Source: an uncultured Aquimarina sp.
GTDB lineage: Bacteria; Bacteroidota; Bacteroidia; Flavobacteriales; Flavobacteriaceae
Direction: 5' to 3'
Length of the DNA stretch: 64,000 nucleotides
Assembly: GCA_937951135.1 (NCBI GenBank)
Contig: CALFCI010000017.1
Location: 7,378-71,377, forward strand
Shown here: positions 20,661 through 31,293 of the stretch, one piece after another
Numbering within the stretch: the first letter of the stretch is position 1
Layout of the letters: each line of letters starts with the position of its first letter
Notes under the pieces: model-generated
Seen by the model: only the letters and a program-made list of their open reading frames with translations
The model's database searches: none
Told to the model about the DNA's origin: nothing
Position numbers and translations under genes: made by a program

Positions 20661-20948
20661 ATACCTCAGTTTGGTTCCTTTAAAACATCTTGATTTGAAT
20701 GGCATTCTTAAATCCGGATTTATGCAGTAGAAAATTAGCAATCATCGGAGTCTATCTCATTAATCTACAGGCTTAAGAAATGGATCAATACTATTTTTCG
20801 ATATAAAAGAACTCAAATTCATATACTCAAATTCAGTTTTTTTGCAACACCTTGATTATCCTGTCGTTTATTATAGTGTAGTTTGATTAAGGCTACTTTA
20901 ATAGTGTTATTTAGGATCCGGATATTTCAGTTAATACATCGCAAAGCT

Positions 20949-21686
20949 TTACTCGAGCTTTGCGATTTTGTTTTCTCTTAATTTTTTAAATACCAATAGG
21001 TGTAAAAAGATAATAGTCGCTGGAGCGAATGCAGGGATCCAACTAAAAGGAAAGGCTCCAAATTGTTGTACTCCTGGTTCATTATTCTCTACGGCTAGCT
21101 TAGTTACAATTGTGGCTGTTATTAACACCGAAATAATATCTAATAGCCCTATTACATTCCATATCCAAGCTAATAATTTTGCGTATGACACTCCTTTTTT
21201 TAATGCGATCACGACTGGAATAACTAAAATAGCAGATACAATATCTCCAACACCTCCTATATATGCAAACTCTTTTGGCAAAGCATCATAGAAATAACAC
21301 AAAAAGAAAAACCCCCCTACAAACCTGAATATGTGAATAAAAATTAATTGCTCTAGTTTAATATGCGCTAACACTAATTTAAACCAGGCAGCTCTGTATA
21401 CATAAAAGATATAAAACAAAAAAAGAGGAATCGCTGCCGTTAATAATATTCGTGGAGGTAGCACATTTTTTTCAAAAAAACCAGTTAGTGATACCGTAGC
21501 TATTATTCCAAAATAAGACCAATAAAACAGAATCGTATTTTTACGTATTCCAGCACTATTTTCAATAGCTACATTTTTGGCAACGGATGTAATTGTATTT
21601 GCAATACAAAAGACAGGAACAGTGAGGAAACTGAAAACGAATAGTATTGACACCCAAATAGGCACTTGTGTTATTGATAACTCCAT
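20949..21686 (-). CDS. Hypothetical multi-pass membrane protein
   Basis: About 7 hydrophobic segments; HIFRFVG, GDI, WNVIGLLD, FPFSWIPAF. Confidence 0.7.
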   Translation of the reverse strand: MELSITQVPIWVSILFVFSFLTVPVFCIANTITSVAKNVAIENSAGIRKNTILFYWSYFGIIATVSLTGFFEKNVLPPRILLTAAIPLFLFYIFYVYRAAWFKLVLAHIKLEQLIFIHIFRFVGGFFFLCYFYDALPKEFAYIGGVGDIVSAILVIPVVIALKKGVSYAKLLAWIWNVIGLLDIISVLITATIVTKLAVENNEPGVQQFGAFPFSWIPAFAPATIIFLHLLVFKKLRENKIAKLE

Positions 21687-21735
21687 GATTATTTTTTTTA
21701 CAAAGATGGATCAACCTAAAAGATTATAAATTGCC

Positions 21736-22311
21736 CTATGACAACTCTTGAATTTCTTTTCTAATTCTACTTAAAGAATATTTGGTAATACCCAGATATG
21801 AAGCTATAATATGTAAGGGTACTTTTTGGATAATTTCGGGATTCCTTTTTTGCAAAGATAAATATCGCTCTTGTGCAGTCTCCTTATGCATGGCTATCAT
21901 TTTTCTGTTTATGCGCGTGTAATTTAATGTGAGAAGCATTCTACCCCATTCTCTGAATTCTGGTATCGAATGAAAACAATATTGAACATTATCATAACTG
22001 ATACTATAAAGCACGCAATCTGTAATCAATTCATAATTTTCTTCACTTGGTTTTCGCTCAAAAAAAGATAAATAATCGTTTAAAAAATCGGGTGCAGAAA
22101 AGAACCTAGTAGTCACCTCGTTACCGTCTAAATCAACAATATAACATCTTATAATTCCTGATTTTAAAAAATAAGACTTTTCACTTGTCTTCCCTTCCTG
22201 AATAAGCAATGTCCCCTTCGTTAAAACCCCCATTTTAAAATAGGTGAAAATTAAATCCGCTTTTTCATCAGACATTGATTGTATACTTTTCAGGTATTCT
22301 TGAAGTTCCAT
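21736..22311 (-). CDS. Crp/Fnr-family cNMP-binding regulator
   Basis: Bacteroidota-type ending AQERYLSL...PLHIIASYLGITKYSLSRIRK. Confidence 0.88.
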   Translation of the reverse strand: MELQEYLKSIQSMSDEKADLIFTYFKMGVLTKGTLLIQEGKTSEKSYFLKSGIIRCYIVDLDGNEVTTRFFSAPDFLNDYLSFFERKPSEENYELITDCVLYSISYDNVQYCFHSIPEFREWGRMLLTLNYTRINRKMIAMHKETAQERYLSLQKRNPEIIQKVPLHIIASYLGITKYSLSRIRKEIQELS

Positions 22312-22319
22312 CTGGTGGA

Positions 22320-22420
22320 TTGTAACGTTAAGTGTAAGATGAGCGTCGTTATCAAAATCATTTGTCTTCGCTATCGCTACGCAAATGATTTTGGTAACGC
22401 ACTCTTAGATGACGTTATCT
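22320..22420 (-). mobile_element. attC-like palindromic site
   Basis: TAACGT...ACGTTA ends; 17/18-bp stem (22347-22364 / 22382-22399); GTT end about 11 nt before the Crp ATG. Confidence 0.5.
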
Positions 22421-22476
22421 ACGTCTTTAAAATTAAGAATAAAACAAGGAACAGTTACTAATTCGGAACACATCTC

Positions 22477-23484
22477 TTACCATTCTATCATAGCACTTCC
22501 CCATGTAAATCCACTTCCAAAAGCGGCTAATACCACCAAATCTCCTTCTTTTATTTTTCCTGCTTCCCAGGCTTCGGTTAACGCAATGGGAATAGAAGCA
22601 GCTGTGGTGTTGCCATATTTTTGGATGTTATTAAATACCTGATCATCGGAGAGACCAAACTTTTTCTGAATGAATTGAGCAATCCTTAAATTCGCTTGAT
22701 GCGGGATCAGCATGTCTATAGCGGATGCTTCTAGCCCATTGGCTTGTAAACCTTCGTTAATCGCCTCTGAGAAACGAACTACAGCATTTTTAAATACCAG
22801 TTGCCCATTCATATATGGAAAATATGGGATTTCCTCTTTCGGATCTTCTGCGATAAGCTCTGGCACCCAATGTCCGGTACTTGGTCCCATGAGGGATAAC
22901 TCTTTGGCATAAGACCCTTCACTATGTAAATGTGTAGATAAAATACCTTGTGTAGCAGTTTCATTTCTAGTTAATACTGCCGCACCTGCTCCGTCGCCAA
23001 AAATTACAGAAACAGAACGCCCTCTTGTCGTCATATCCAATCCTCCACTGTGGTTTTCACTACCAATGACTACAATGTTTGTATACATCCCTGTTTTAAT
23101 AAACTGGTCTGCTACAGAAACGCCATAAATAAAACCACTACATTGATTTCGTACATCTAAAGCGGGTATCGTTTTCATACCCAATAGTTCTTGCACTTGT
23201 ACTCCACATCCCGGAAAATACATATCCGGACTGAGTGTTGCAAAAATGATCATATCGATATCATCGGGGGTTAACCCTGCACGTTCTATTGCGATTTTGG
23301 CAGCTTCAGCGCCCATCGTTGCGGTACTATTACCATCACCTTTTTTGATATGACGGCGTTCTTTTATACCCGTACGTTCCTGAATCCAGGCATCGTTGGT
23401 ATCCATTATTTTGGCTAAATCATCATTAGTCACTATCTGTTCTGGAACAAAGCTTCCAAGACCTGTAATTTTTGTAGTATACAT
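22477..23484 (-). CDS. fabH: 3-oxoacyl-ACP synthase III family protein
   Basis: WIQERTGIKER, QCSGF, FGDGAGA, PHQANLRI, YGNTTAAS, FGSGFTWG. Confidence 0.88.
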   Translation of the reverse strand: MYTTKITGLGSFVPEQIVTNDDLAKIMDTNDAWIQERTGIKERRHIKKGDGNSTATMGAEAAKIAIERAGLTPDDIDMIIFATLSPDMYFPGCGVQVQELLGMKTIPALDVRNQCSGFIYGVSVADQFIKTGMYTNIVVIGSENHSGGLDMTTRGRSVSVIFGDGAGAAVLTRNETATQGILSTHLHSEGSYAKELSLMGPSTGHWVPELIAEDPKEEIPYFPYMNGQLVFKNAVVRFSEAINEGLQANGLEASAIDMLIPHQANLRIAQFIQKKFGLSDDQVFNNIQKYGNTTAASIPIALTEAWEAGKIKEGDLVVLAAFGSGFTWGSAMIEW

Positions 23485-23789
23485 AATATAAGTATGATAA
23501 AAAGAAATCAGATATATCCTATAGTCACCTGTTTCGTATTAAAACTGACTTCCAATATATACATTCTATGGGATTTTATTTCAAAAAAAAGCAGCGAATA
23601 CAATGCGCGCATGGATAATCCATAAAGCCAAGACCTGTTTGTCATAGCAATACACCTAGAAGTAGCGTCTAGATCGTTTCACTACTAGAGCCTAGACGGA
23701 TAGACATAAGATCGAACCATAAGTGATAAAAAACGTTGCTGATTTGATTTCCTGTACTACAATATAGAGTTTCAGGGTAAAAGAATAGT

Positions 23790-23931
23790 TGTTTTTTTTA
23801 GTCTTTCCCGAGGATTCGGGATTGTCTCTTGTCCCGACACCTCGGGGGTTAAAATAGCACAAAAGATTATATATTCGAAAAAAGTTGCTTAATCACTATT
23901 TTTTAGATGTTTGCTAATTTTTGTCATGTAC
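23790..23931. mobile_element. Partial copy (right end) of the 47629 MITE
   Basis: TCTTTCCCGAGGATTCGGGATTGTCTCTTG...TTGCTAATTTTTGTCATGTAC shared with 47706-47844. Confidence 0.75.
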
Positions 23932-23939
23932 CACCACAC

Positions 23940-25247
23940 TTACACATACTTCTTATAGTTATTGACTACAATGTTTGCTTTTAGATCGTGTAGTAAATTA
24001 TATAATCCAAAAAAAGTTCTGTTGATGTATAAAAAATGTTTGCTTCCACGATTCCCATTCATCTTCTTCAATTCAGAATCTTTACTATATTTCTCACTCA
24101 AAGCTGTGATCTGATCCCAAAATGTTGGATCTGCAAAATCAAAATGTTCATTGTGAAATGGTGAAGTAAATAAGCTTAACATTTCATAAAATAACGCTGA
24201 GAAAAACACTTTCTCTTTTGGAGTATCGTCTTCTCTTAGAATTTCGAGTGCTATTAATTTTTCTTCAAAAATTTCAGGGGTATTGATATTTTCTGGTACT
24301 GCAAGTTCAAAATATGGCGTATAAAAAGCCAATGGTACTTTTTTAACACATCCAAAATCTATGGCAATAAGATTATGATCTTCGTCTACCAAAAAATTAC
24401 CTGGATGTGGATCGGCATGCACTGCTTTCAACTCATGCATTTGGTACATATAAAAGTCCCATAAGGCTTGCCCTATGCGATCGGCATCTTCTTGGCTAGT
24501 GTTTTGAGCGGCAAATTCACTTAAATGAATACCATCCATCCAATCCATTGTTATGATACGTTCACTAGACAGTTCTTCGTAATACTTTGGAAACCTAAGG
24601 TTTTCTATGGCTGCACAGGCTCCCGTAATTTCTTTACTTTGCTGTACTTCGAAAATATAATCCGTTTCTTCTAATAACTTATTTTCAACCTCTTTAAAAT
24701 ATTTATCAGAATCTTTTCCTTTCAGATTGAACATTCTGGTCGCAATAGGTTTTACCATGGCTAAATCAGAGCTGATACTATCTGCAACCCCTGGATATTG
24801 AATTTTTACTGCTAATTTTTTTCCGTCTTTTGTAGCTTGATGCACCTGTCCAATACTTGCGGCATTAATAGATTTTGAAACGAAAGTATCGTAGATATCT
24901 TCTGGATAGTTACCGTTATATTTTTTAAACGTTTTACGCACTAAAGGTGCTGATAATGGAGGAACACTAAATTGTGCTAAAGAGAATTTCTCTACATAGG
25001 CATTAGGCAATATATTTTTTTCCATGGAAAGCATTTGTGCCACTTTAAGTGCACTCCCTTTCAAACTTTTTAATCCATCGTAAATATCTGTAGCGTTATC
25101 TTCATTCAAACCATCTCTTGTATGCTCAGAATTCAATGCTTTTTTACTGTAATATTTTAAATAGTTACCTCCTATTTTCACCCCTGTTTTTACCAATTCA
25201 GTAGTTCTGCCTATTTTTGAAGTAGGGATATGATCAATTGTCTTCAT
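23940..25247 (-). CDS. ABC1/UbiB (AarF) atypical kinase
   Basis: LKVAQMLS, AASIGQVH, AVKIQYPG, HADPHPGNF, IDFG. Confidence 0.92.
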   Translation of the reverse strand: MKTIDHIPTSKIGRTTELVKTGVKIGGNYLKYYSKKALNSEHTRDGLNEDNATDIYDGLKSLKGSALKVAQMLSMEKNILPNAYVEKFSLAQFSVPPLSAPLVRKTFKKYNGNYPEDIYDTFVSKSINAASIGQVHQATKDGKKLAVKIQYPGVADSISSDLAMVKPIATRMFNLKGKDSDKYFKEVENKLLEETDYIFEVQQSKEITGACAAIENLRFPKYYEELSSERIITMDWMDGIHLSEFAAQNTSQEDADRIGQALWDFYMYQMHELKAVHADPHPGNFLVDEDHNLIAIDFGCVKKVPLAFYTPYFELAVPENINTPEIFEEKLIALEILREDDTPKEKVFFSALFYEMLSLFTSPFHNEHFDFADPTFWDQITALSEKYSKDSELKKMNGNRGSKHFLYINRTFFGLYNLLHDLKANIVVNNYKKYV

Positions 25248-25413
25248 TTCATTTATTTTTTATGGATATTAGGTTTTGGGTGTCCGGTTTTTTTAATCAT
25301 AAATCATATATACATCCTACTTTTCAATACTAACATCTAACAGCAAAGCTTTCCATACAAGACCATCTCTAAAATAATGAAAGCCCCCTCCTTAAACCTA
25401 GTGGTATCTAGCT

Positions 25414-26067
25414 CTACATCACCTTTTCTTTCCATAGAAATTTACCGAAATCTAAAATCGCATTCATGGGTGTATTATCAAACACATCAAAAATAGTATG
25501 CACAGATTTTTCGATAGCAATATCTGTTTTCTCAAAGCTCGGCGACTCATCGTCCATCCAAAACTTTAAGAGAAACAAAAATTGAACCCACGCACCTTCT
25601 GAAAACAGTGATGATGAATTTTTAGCGATCTTAAATTGCTTTCCTTCGTTATCTGAAGTGATTAAATCACTAGTAAAAGATTTAATATCACGCCTCAACC
25701 CTCTTAATTGGGTAACGTTTTTTAGCATCTTTTCATCTTGAGATAGTACAAACAAAACATAACTTCTATTCAATGTTAGTATCTCAAAAAATGTAAAGAA
25801 AAATGTCAACATTTTTTCTCGACTCGAAAAACCAACATATTCTTTATTCTTATTTGCTACGTCCATGGTATTGACGTAAAAAGTATGCCAAATTGTTTTA
25901 TTTATACTTTTCAAGCTTCCGAAAAAATTATAAAACACTTCCTCACTAATGTCAATGTCTTTACAAAAAGCATATACCGACTTGGGCATTTTTTCATTCA
26001 TCAACACATGATCCATATATTTTGATATAATATAGGATTGATCTACCGTTTCTTTTTTCGAAGCCAT
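25414..26067 (-). CDS. TetR-like regulator (TetR C-terminal domain family)
   Basis: PKSVYAFC..EEVFYNFFGS and FWMDDESPSFEKTDIAIEKS; paired with the ABC1 kinase. Confidence 0.75.
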   Translation of the reverse strand: MASKKETVDQSYIISKYMDHVLMNEKMPKSVYAFCKDIDISEEVFYNFFGSLKSINKTIWHTFYVNTMDVANKNKEYVGFSSREKMLTFFFTFFEILTLNRSYVLFVLSQDEKMLKNVTQLRGLRRDIKSFTSDLITSDNEGKQFKIAKNSSSLFSEGAWVQFLFLLKFWMDDESPSFEKTDIAIEKSVHTIFDVFDNTPMNAILDFGKFLWKEKVM

Positions 26068-26276
26068 ATTATCTTTATTAGAGTTATGAAGTAAATATAC
26101 AAATTGTTTAACTTTTAACAATAACTGTTGAACAAAAAAATTGTTAAAGTTCGTTCAGATAATATGAAAGCATATCCACATCCATTCATTTTGATAAAAA
26201 ACAAGGCTCTAGTTTAAATTAGCGATGTTAATTTAAACTAGAGCCAAAAAGAAGTCTGATTCCACCAGGCAATTAA

Positions 26277-26316
26277 TGTCAGTTTGTCAGCCTTAGCATG
26301 TTGGTACTTTTTTTGA
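26277..26316 (+). promoter_or_regulatory. Candidate heat-shock control region: TGTCAG direct repeat plus sigma54-like -24/-12
   Basis: TGTCAG-TT-TGTCAG (26277-26290) and TGGTAC-TTTTT-TTGA (GG-N10-GA, 26302-26316) upstream of htpG. Confidence 0.45.
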
Positions 26317-26350
26317 CTATTGAGCAATACATAAATTTAAATCAAATAAA

Positions 26351-28237
26351 ATGGCAACAGGAAGTATTAATGTATCCGTAGAGAATATTTTTCCTTTAAT
26401 TAAAAAGTTTTTATATTCAGATCACGAGATATTTTTAAGAGAACTCATTTCTAACGCAACTGATGCTACATTAAAACTAAAGCACCTTACTAGTATAGGA
26501 GAGATTGATGTAGCGTATGGTAACCCAAGACTTGAAGTTAAAATAGACAAAGAAAAAAAACAACTTCATATTATTGACCAAGGGATCGGTATGACCATTG
26601 AGGAAGTTGAAAAATACATCAATCAAATTGCTTTTTCTGGAGCTGAAGAGTTTTTAGAGCAATATAAGGACAGTGCCAAAGATTCTGGAATCATCGGACA
26701 TTTTGGATTAGGATTCTATTCTGCCTTTATGGTAGCAGAAAAAGTAGAGATCATTACAAAATCATATAAAGATGAGCCGGCAGCACATTGGATATGTGAT
26801 GGTTCTCCTTCATATACACTAGAGGCACACGACAAAACTGATCGTGGTACAGAAATTATTCTTCATATTGGTGAAGAGGATAAAGACTTTCTAGAGGAAA
26901 GTAAAATTCAAGGGTTGCTAGTGAAGTATAACAAGTTTATGCCTATCCCTATCAAATTTGGCACAAAAACAGAAACCTTACCAAAACCTGAAGATGCAAA
27001 AGAAGAAGATCCAGCACCGACACAAGAGGTAGATAATATTATCAATAACCCTACTCCGGCTTGGACCAAACAACCTGCAGACTTAAAAGAAGAGGATTAT
27101 AAAGGATTCTACAGAGAATTGTATCCAATGCAATTTGAAGAGCCTTTATTTAACATTCACTTGAATGTAGATTATCCTTTTAATCTTACTGGTATTTTAT
27201 ACTTCCCTAAATTATCTGGAGATTTGAGCATGCAAAAGGATCGTATCCAATTGTATCAAAACCAAGTTTTCGTTACCGATAATGTAGAAGGTATTGTACC
27301 TGAATTTTTAACAATGCTTCGTGGAGTAATTGACTCCCCAGACATTCCATTAAATGTTTCTCGTTCGTACTTACAGGCTGATGGTGCAGTGAAGAAGATT
27401 TCTAGTTATATCACTCGTAAAGTTGCTGATAAACTAAGTTCTTTATTCAAAAACAACCGTGAGGATTTGGAACAAAAATGGAATGACATCAAACTTGTGA
27501 TCGAATACGGAATGCTTTCGGAAGATAAGTTCTTTGAAAAAGCAGACAAATTTGCATTATACCCAACTGTAGATGGAGGGTACTTTACTTTTGAAGAGTT
27601 ACAAGAAAAAATTAAGGATTCTCAAACCGATAAAGACGGTAAGTTAGTGATTCTTTACGCTTCTAATAAAGATGAGCAACATGCCTATATCCAAGCAGCA
27701 AAAGATAAAGGATATGAGGTCTTATTATTAGACTCTCCAATTATATCACATTTGATTCAGAAATTAGAAACGAGTAAAGAAAATATTTCTTTTGCGCGTG
27801 TAGATGGAGATCATGTTGACAACCTAATCAAAAAAGATGAGGAAACGATTTCTAAATTATCTGATGAAGAAAAAGAAGCGTTAAAAACAGATTTGGAGAA
27901 AATAGTACCTAAAGAAACGTATACGGTTCAATTGGAAGCTATGGATAGCACAGCATCTCCATTTATCATTACACAACCCGAGTTTATGCGTCGTATGAAA
28001 GAGATGCAACAAACTGGTGGTGGCGGAATGAACATGTTTGGGAATATGCCAGAGATGTACAATTTAATTGTAAACACCAATCATGAATTAATCAGTCAGA
28101 TTAAAGACACTAAAACTGAAAAGAAAAAAGAGCGATTAATCAAACAATCGTTGGACTTGGCTAGACTTTCTCAAAATTTATTAAAAGGAGAAGAGTTGAC
28201 GAGTTTTATCAAACGTAGTTTTGAAATGATTAAATAG
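26351..28237 (+). CDS. htpG: Hsp90 chaperone
   Basis: FLRELISNATDA, IGHFGLGFYSAF, LRGVIDSPDIPLNVSR. Confidence 0.97.
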   Translation: MATGSINVSVENIFPLIKKFLYSDHEIFLRELISNATDATLKLKHLTSIGEIDVAYGNPRLEVKIDKEKKQLHIIDQGIGMTIEEVEKYINQIAFSGAEEFLEQYKDSAKDSGIIGHFGLGFYSAFMVAEKVEIITKSYKDEPAAHWICDGSPSYTLEAHDKTDRGTEIILHIGEEDKDFLEESKIQGLLVKYNKFMPIPIKFGTKTETLPKPEDAKEEDPAPTQEVDNIINNPTPAWTKQPADLKEEDYKGFYRELYPMQFEEPLFNIHLNVDYPFNLTGILYFPKLSGDLSMQKDRIQLYQNQVFVTDNVEGIVPEFLTMLRGVIDSPDIPLNVSRSYLQADGAVKKISSYITRKVADKLSSLFKNNREDLEQKWNDIKLVIEYGMLSEDKFFEKADKFALYPTVDGGYFTFEELQEKIKDSQTDKDGKLVILYASNKDEQHAYIQAAKDKGYEVLLLDSPIISHLIQKLETSKENISFARVDGDHVDNLIKKDEETISKLSDEEKEALKTDLEKIVPKETYTVQLEAMDSTASPFIITQPEFMRRMKEMQQTGGGGMNMFGNMPEMYNLIVNTNHELISQIKDTKTEKKKERLIKQSLDLARLSQNLLKGEELTSFIKRSFEMIK

Positions 28238-28283
28238 ACTATATAGAGCGCTTCGCTTTTAGAACGCTTTGCTTATAGAATTC

Positions 28284-28322
28284 AACCGCTTCACTGTTTT
28301 ACTCAGTTGAAGCGGTTTTTTT
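28284..28322 (+). terminator. Intrinsic terminator of htpG
   Basis: AACCGCTTCACTG...CAGTTGAAGCGGTT followed by a T-run. Confidence 0.75.
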
Positions 28323-28536
28323 GCACCACATCATCACGCTTTAATTGTTCATACGTAAACGAATGATTATCGTATACACAAAGGGTTACATCCTGTTTTA
28401 GTACCTTTACCAATAATCCAATTTGGATATAATTTTTTCGCATATTGAATAGAATACTATTAAGAACTACGTTAGACGATTTCAGATTTTAAAATCTAAA
28501 ATCGTAAATTATATAACACCAACAACACAAACACTT

Positions 28537-29379
28537 ATGAAATATTTTGGGCTTTTACTGATCACAATAAGTATGGTTAGCTGTACTACCGCTAACAAAG
28601 AAAAAAACAATATTAAGGAAACAACACAAACTATCGAAACCACTGATACTACAACTGTGGTATCACCTGCACAATTATCACCTGTTCAAGAGTATGTAAC
28701 TGCGATCTCAAAAGCACACTATAAGGAAGCTTTTTTGAGCCATAAAGTGATTAGTTTTAGTATTGATGTTGACTTTGGTGGTAAACCTTATATCGATGGT
28801 AAAATCACTATGCGCACTGATGGTACAAAAATACGAATCGACAAAAAAGATGGAAGTACAGTGCTGTACAATGGAGAAAAGGTATTTCTATGTCCAGAGG
28901 ACGCTTCAGATCAAGGTGCACGCTTTGATATATTTACCTGGAGCTATTTCTTTGCAATGCCCTATAAGCTAGAAGATCCAGGAACACAATGGGAACTTCA
29001 AGAAAATCGTCCATTAGACGGAATCGCACATCAAACCGCAAAGCTTACTTTTGGCAGAAATATTGGAGATGCCCCAGACGACTGGTATGTAACCTATAGC
29101 GATTCAACTCATGTACTAAAGGCAGCAGCATATATTGTATCTTTTGGGAGCAATGGAAACCTTTCTAAAGCAGAATCTGATCCACATGCGATACAATTTA
29201 AAGCATTTACGACTGTTGAGAATATTCCTTTTGCTACCCAATGGGAATTTTATGGATGGACAGCGAAAGAAGGTATGAAATCACAATTGGGCGAAGCCAA
29301 AATCACTGATATTACTTTCCTACCTTCGGAAGGAGCTATTTTTGAGACTCCAGAAAAAGCAAAGGAAATTTCGTTATAA
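28537..29379 (+). CDS. Lipoprotein of unknown function (DUF6503-like)
   Basis: Lipobox MVSC; YFFAMPYKLEDPG and GDAPDDWY. Confidence 0.65.
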   Translation: MKYFGLLLITISMVSCTTANKEKNNIKETTQTIETTDTTTVVSPAQLSPVQEYVTAISKAHYKEAFLSHKVISFSIDVDFGGKPYIDGKITMRTDGTKIRIDKKDGSTVLYNGEKVFLCPEDASDQGARFDIFTWSYFFAMPYKLEDPGTQWELQENRPLDGIAHQTAKLTFGRNIGDAPDDWYVTYSDSTHVLKAAAYIVSFGSNGNLSKAESDPHAIQFKAFTTVENIPFATQWEFYGWTAKEGMKSQLGEAKITDITFLPSEGAIFETPEKAKEISL

Positions 29380-29415
29380 AGTAACATCACTACTATAGAT
29401 TACAAAAATACTGCC

Positions 29416-29517
29416 AGTCAACTACCTCGGAGCTAGCCCACGAGACATCCAGCGAAAAAATAGCTTTCAGATTTTGAGGCAAACCTCGGAGAATTAAACT
29501 CCACAATATGGATTAAA
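29416..29517 (+). repeat. ~100-bp three-hairpin element, copy 2
   Basis: Matches family consensus. Confidence 0.9.
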
Positions 29518-29574
29518 GCGGTATTTTTTTGTACCTTTAATAGATTCTCAACTTTTTTCTTAAATTTTTGAATT

Positions 29575-29988
29575 ATGAACACACTTTTCAACACATTACA
29601 ACTTCCTGCCACACTAGATGAAATCTTAATTCTTAATGAACCTGAAGGGTTTTGTTCCGTATTAGACACCCTGGAGCGTGTTACTATTAAAGAATCTTTA
29701 ATTCAAGTATCCGAAGTTGATTTTGCCTTAATTTTTGTCACTGAAAAAAAACAAATAGAAAACCGTATCGAAACCGTATACCCTAAACTGATTGGGGATG
29801 CAGTATTATGGTTTGCTTTTCCAAAACAGAGCTCTGAGAAGTATCCTACTAAAATCACAAAAGAGTATGGCTGGGGAGTACTTGGAGACTATAACCTGAA
29901 ACCTATAACTCAAATTGATATTAACGACGATTGGACAGCTATACGATTTCGAAAAATTAAATTTATGGAAACTTCGCAAACCGCTTAG
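29575..29988 (+). CDS. Hypothetical protein (DUF3052-like)
   Basis: LWFAFPK..S, GW, INDDWTAIRFR motifs. Confidence 0.65.
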   Translation: MNTLFNTLQLPATLDEILILNEPEGFCSVLDTLERVTIKESLIQVSEVDFALIFVTEKKQIENRIETVYPKLIGDAVLWFAFPKQSSEKYPTKITKEYGWGVLGDYNLKPITQIDINDDWTAIRFRKIKFMETSQTA

Positions 29989-30174
29989 GTTCCAAATAAC
30001 GTCACTACCTCATGCCAAATAGACCGAATATAGATTGATTTCTTTATACTTTATACCAAATAAAATTTAAACTACACACTGTCAATTTGATCTCCTTTTG
30101 GTATGCAACGCTAAAAAACAGCTATACGCCTTTTTAAAAAACCGGTTAGACATTGTACTATTTCAACACTACAC

Positions 30175-30274
30175 GTCAACTATCTCGGAGCAAGCTCACG
30201 AGGCATCCAGCAGATAGCTATTTTTTTACATCGAGGCAAGCCTCAGAAAATTAAACTCCACAATGTGGATTAAA
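30175..30274 (+). repeat. ~100-bp three-hairpin element, copy 3
   Basis: Matches family consensus. Confidence 0.9.
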
Positions 30275-30295
30275 ACCGTATCATAACCGCTTCTT

Positions 30296-30907
30296 TTGAA
30301 CCTCTTCTCTTCCCTACATACTCCCATACCATTAGACATGCCTGAAGCGTCTGTTGTCTATTATCCTTCCTTTTTTAACCCTACAATAGCCGATACATTA
30401 TTTAATACGCTCCTTAAAGAAACTCCTTGGCAACAAGATCAAATCACTGTCTATGGAAAAACACACCCGCAACCTAGATTAACTGCGCTCTATGCCGATA
30501 ATGATACTACCTATACCTATGCTAACATTACAATGCAACCTAATCCTTTTACCAAAGCTTTACTTCAAATTAAACACGAAATAGAGCGTATTACTACTAC
30601 GGCATTTACAAGTTGTTTGCTTAATTTATATCGAGATGGGCAGGATAGTAATGGTTGGCATTCAGATAATGAAAAAGAACTAGGTGTAGATCCTATTATT
30701 ATTTCTGTGAATTTAGGACAGGAACGTATATTTCATTTTAAGCATAAAAAAAACACCGCCTGGCGTCAAAAAATACGATTGGAACATGGTAGTATCTTAA
30801 TTACGAAAGGAACTACACAAGAAAATTGGCTACATCAATTACCCAAAGTAAAAAAAAGTATTGGACCACGTATTAATTTGACCTTTAGAATTATAAATCC
30901 CACATGA
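30296..30907 (+). CDS. AlkB-family 2OG-Fe(II) dioxygenase
   Basis: PRLTA, LNLYRDGQDSNGWHSD, WLHQLPK, RINLTFR. Confidence 0.92.
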   Translation: MNLFSSLHTPIPLDMPEASVVYYPSFFNPTIADTLFNTLLKETPWQQDQITVYGKTHPQPRLTALYADNDTTYTYANITMQPNPFTKALLQIKHEIERITTTAFTSCLLNLYRDGQDSNGWHSDNEKELGVDPIIISVNLGQERIFHFKHKKNTAWRQKIRLEHGSILITKGTTQENWLHQLPKVKKSIGPRINLTFRIINPT

Positions 30908-31293
30908 CTATTTTCATTCCATTCTTCTCTTACTAATAATCGAAATGTGCTTTTTTCAATAAATAAGCACTATTTACCTTATGTTTTTCTATCATTATGA
31001 CGATGGCTGACGCATAGTTTAAATTAAAATACTAGTACAAAAAAGCACCCCTTCAAAACAGAAAATCGCCTGAATCCATTGAAAAACAAGGGTTTTTAAA
31101 TTTATTATGATTTTAAAAAGGGAAAATGCCCCATTTTTCATATATTGTACATATTATTTATTGAGTATAACCAACGAAATAAACACAAAACCTAAAACAA
31201 TATTATAAATCGTTTTCATTTTATGAAATGATTTACGATGCAGACATACCCCAACTGACTGTATTGAAACACACAAAACATAAATAAAACTAG

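Noticed and set aside
23603-23612. ATGCGCGCAT palindrome upstream of the fabH-like gene
   Set aside because: Single short occurrence; cannot be supported as an operator from this window
29433-29669. Minus-strand ORF (also 61122-61397)
   Set aside because: Antisense to real genes and reading through the 100-bp repeat
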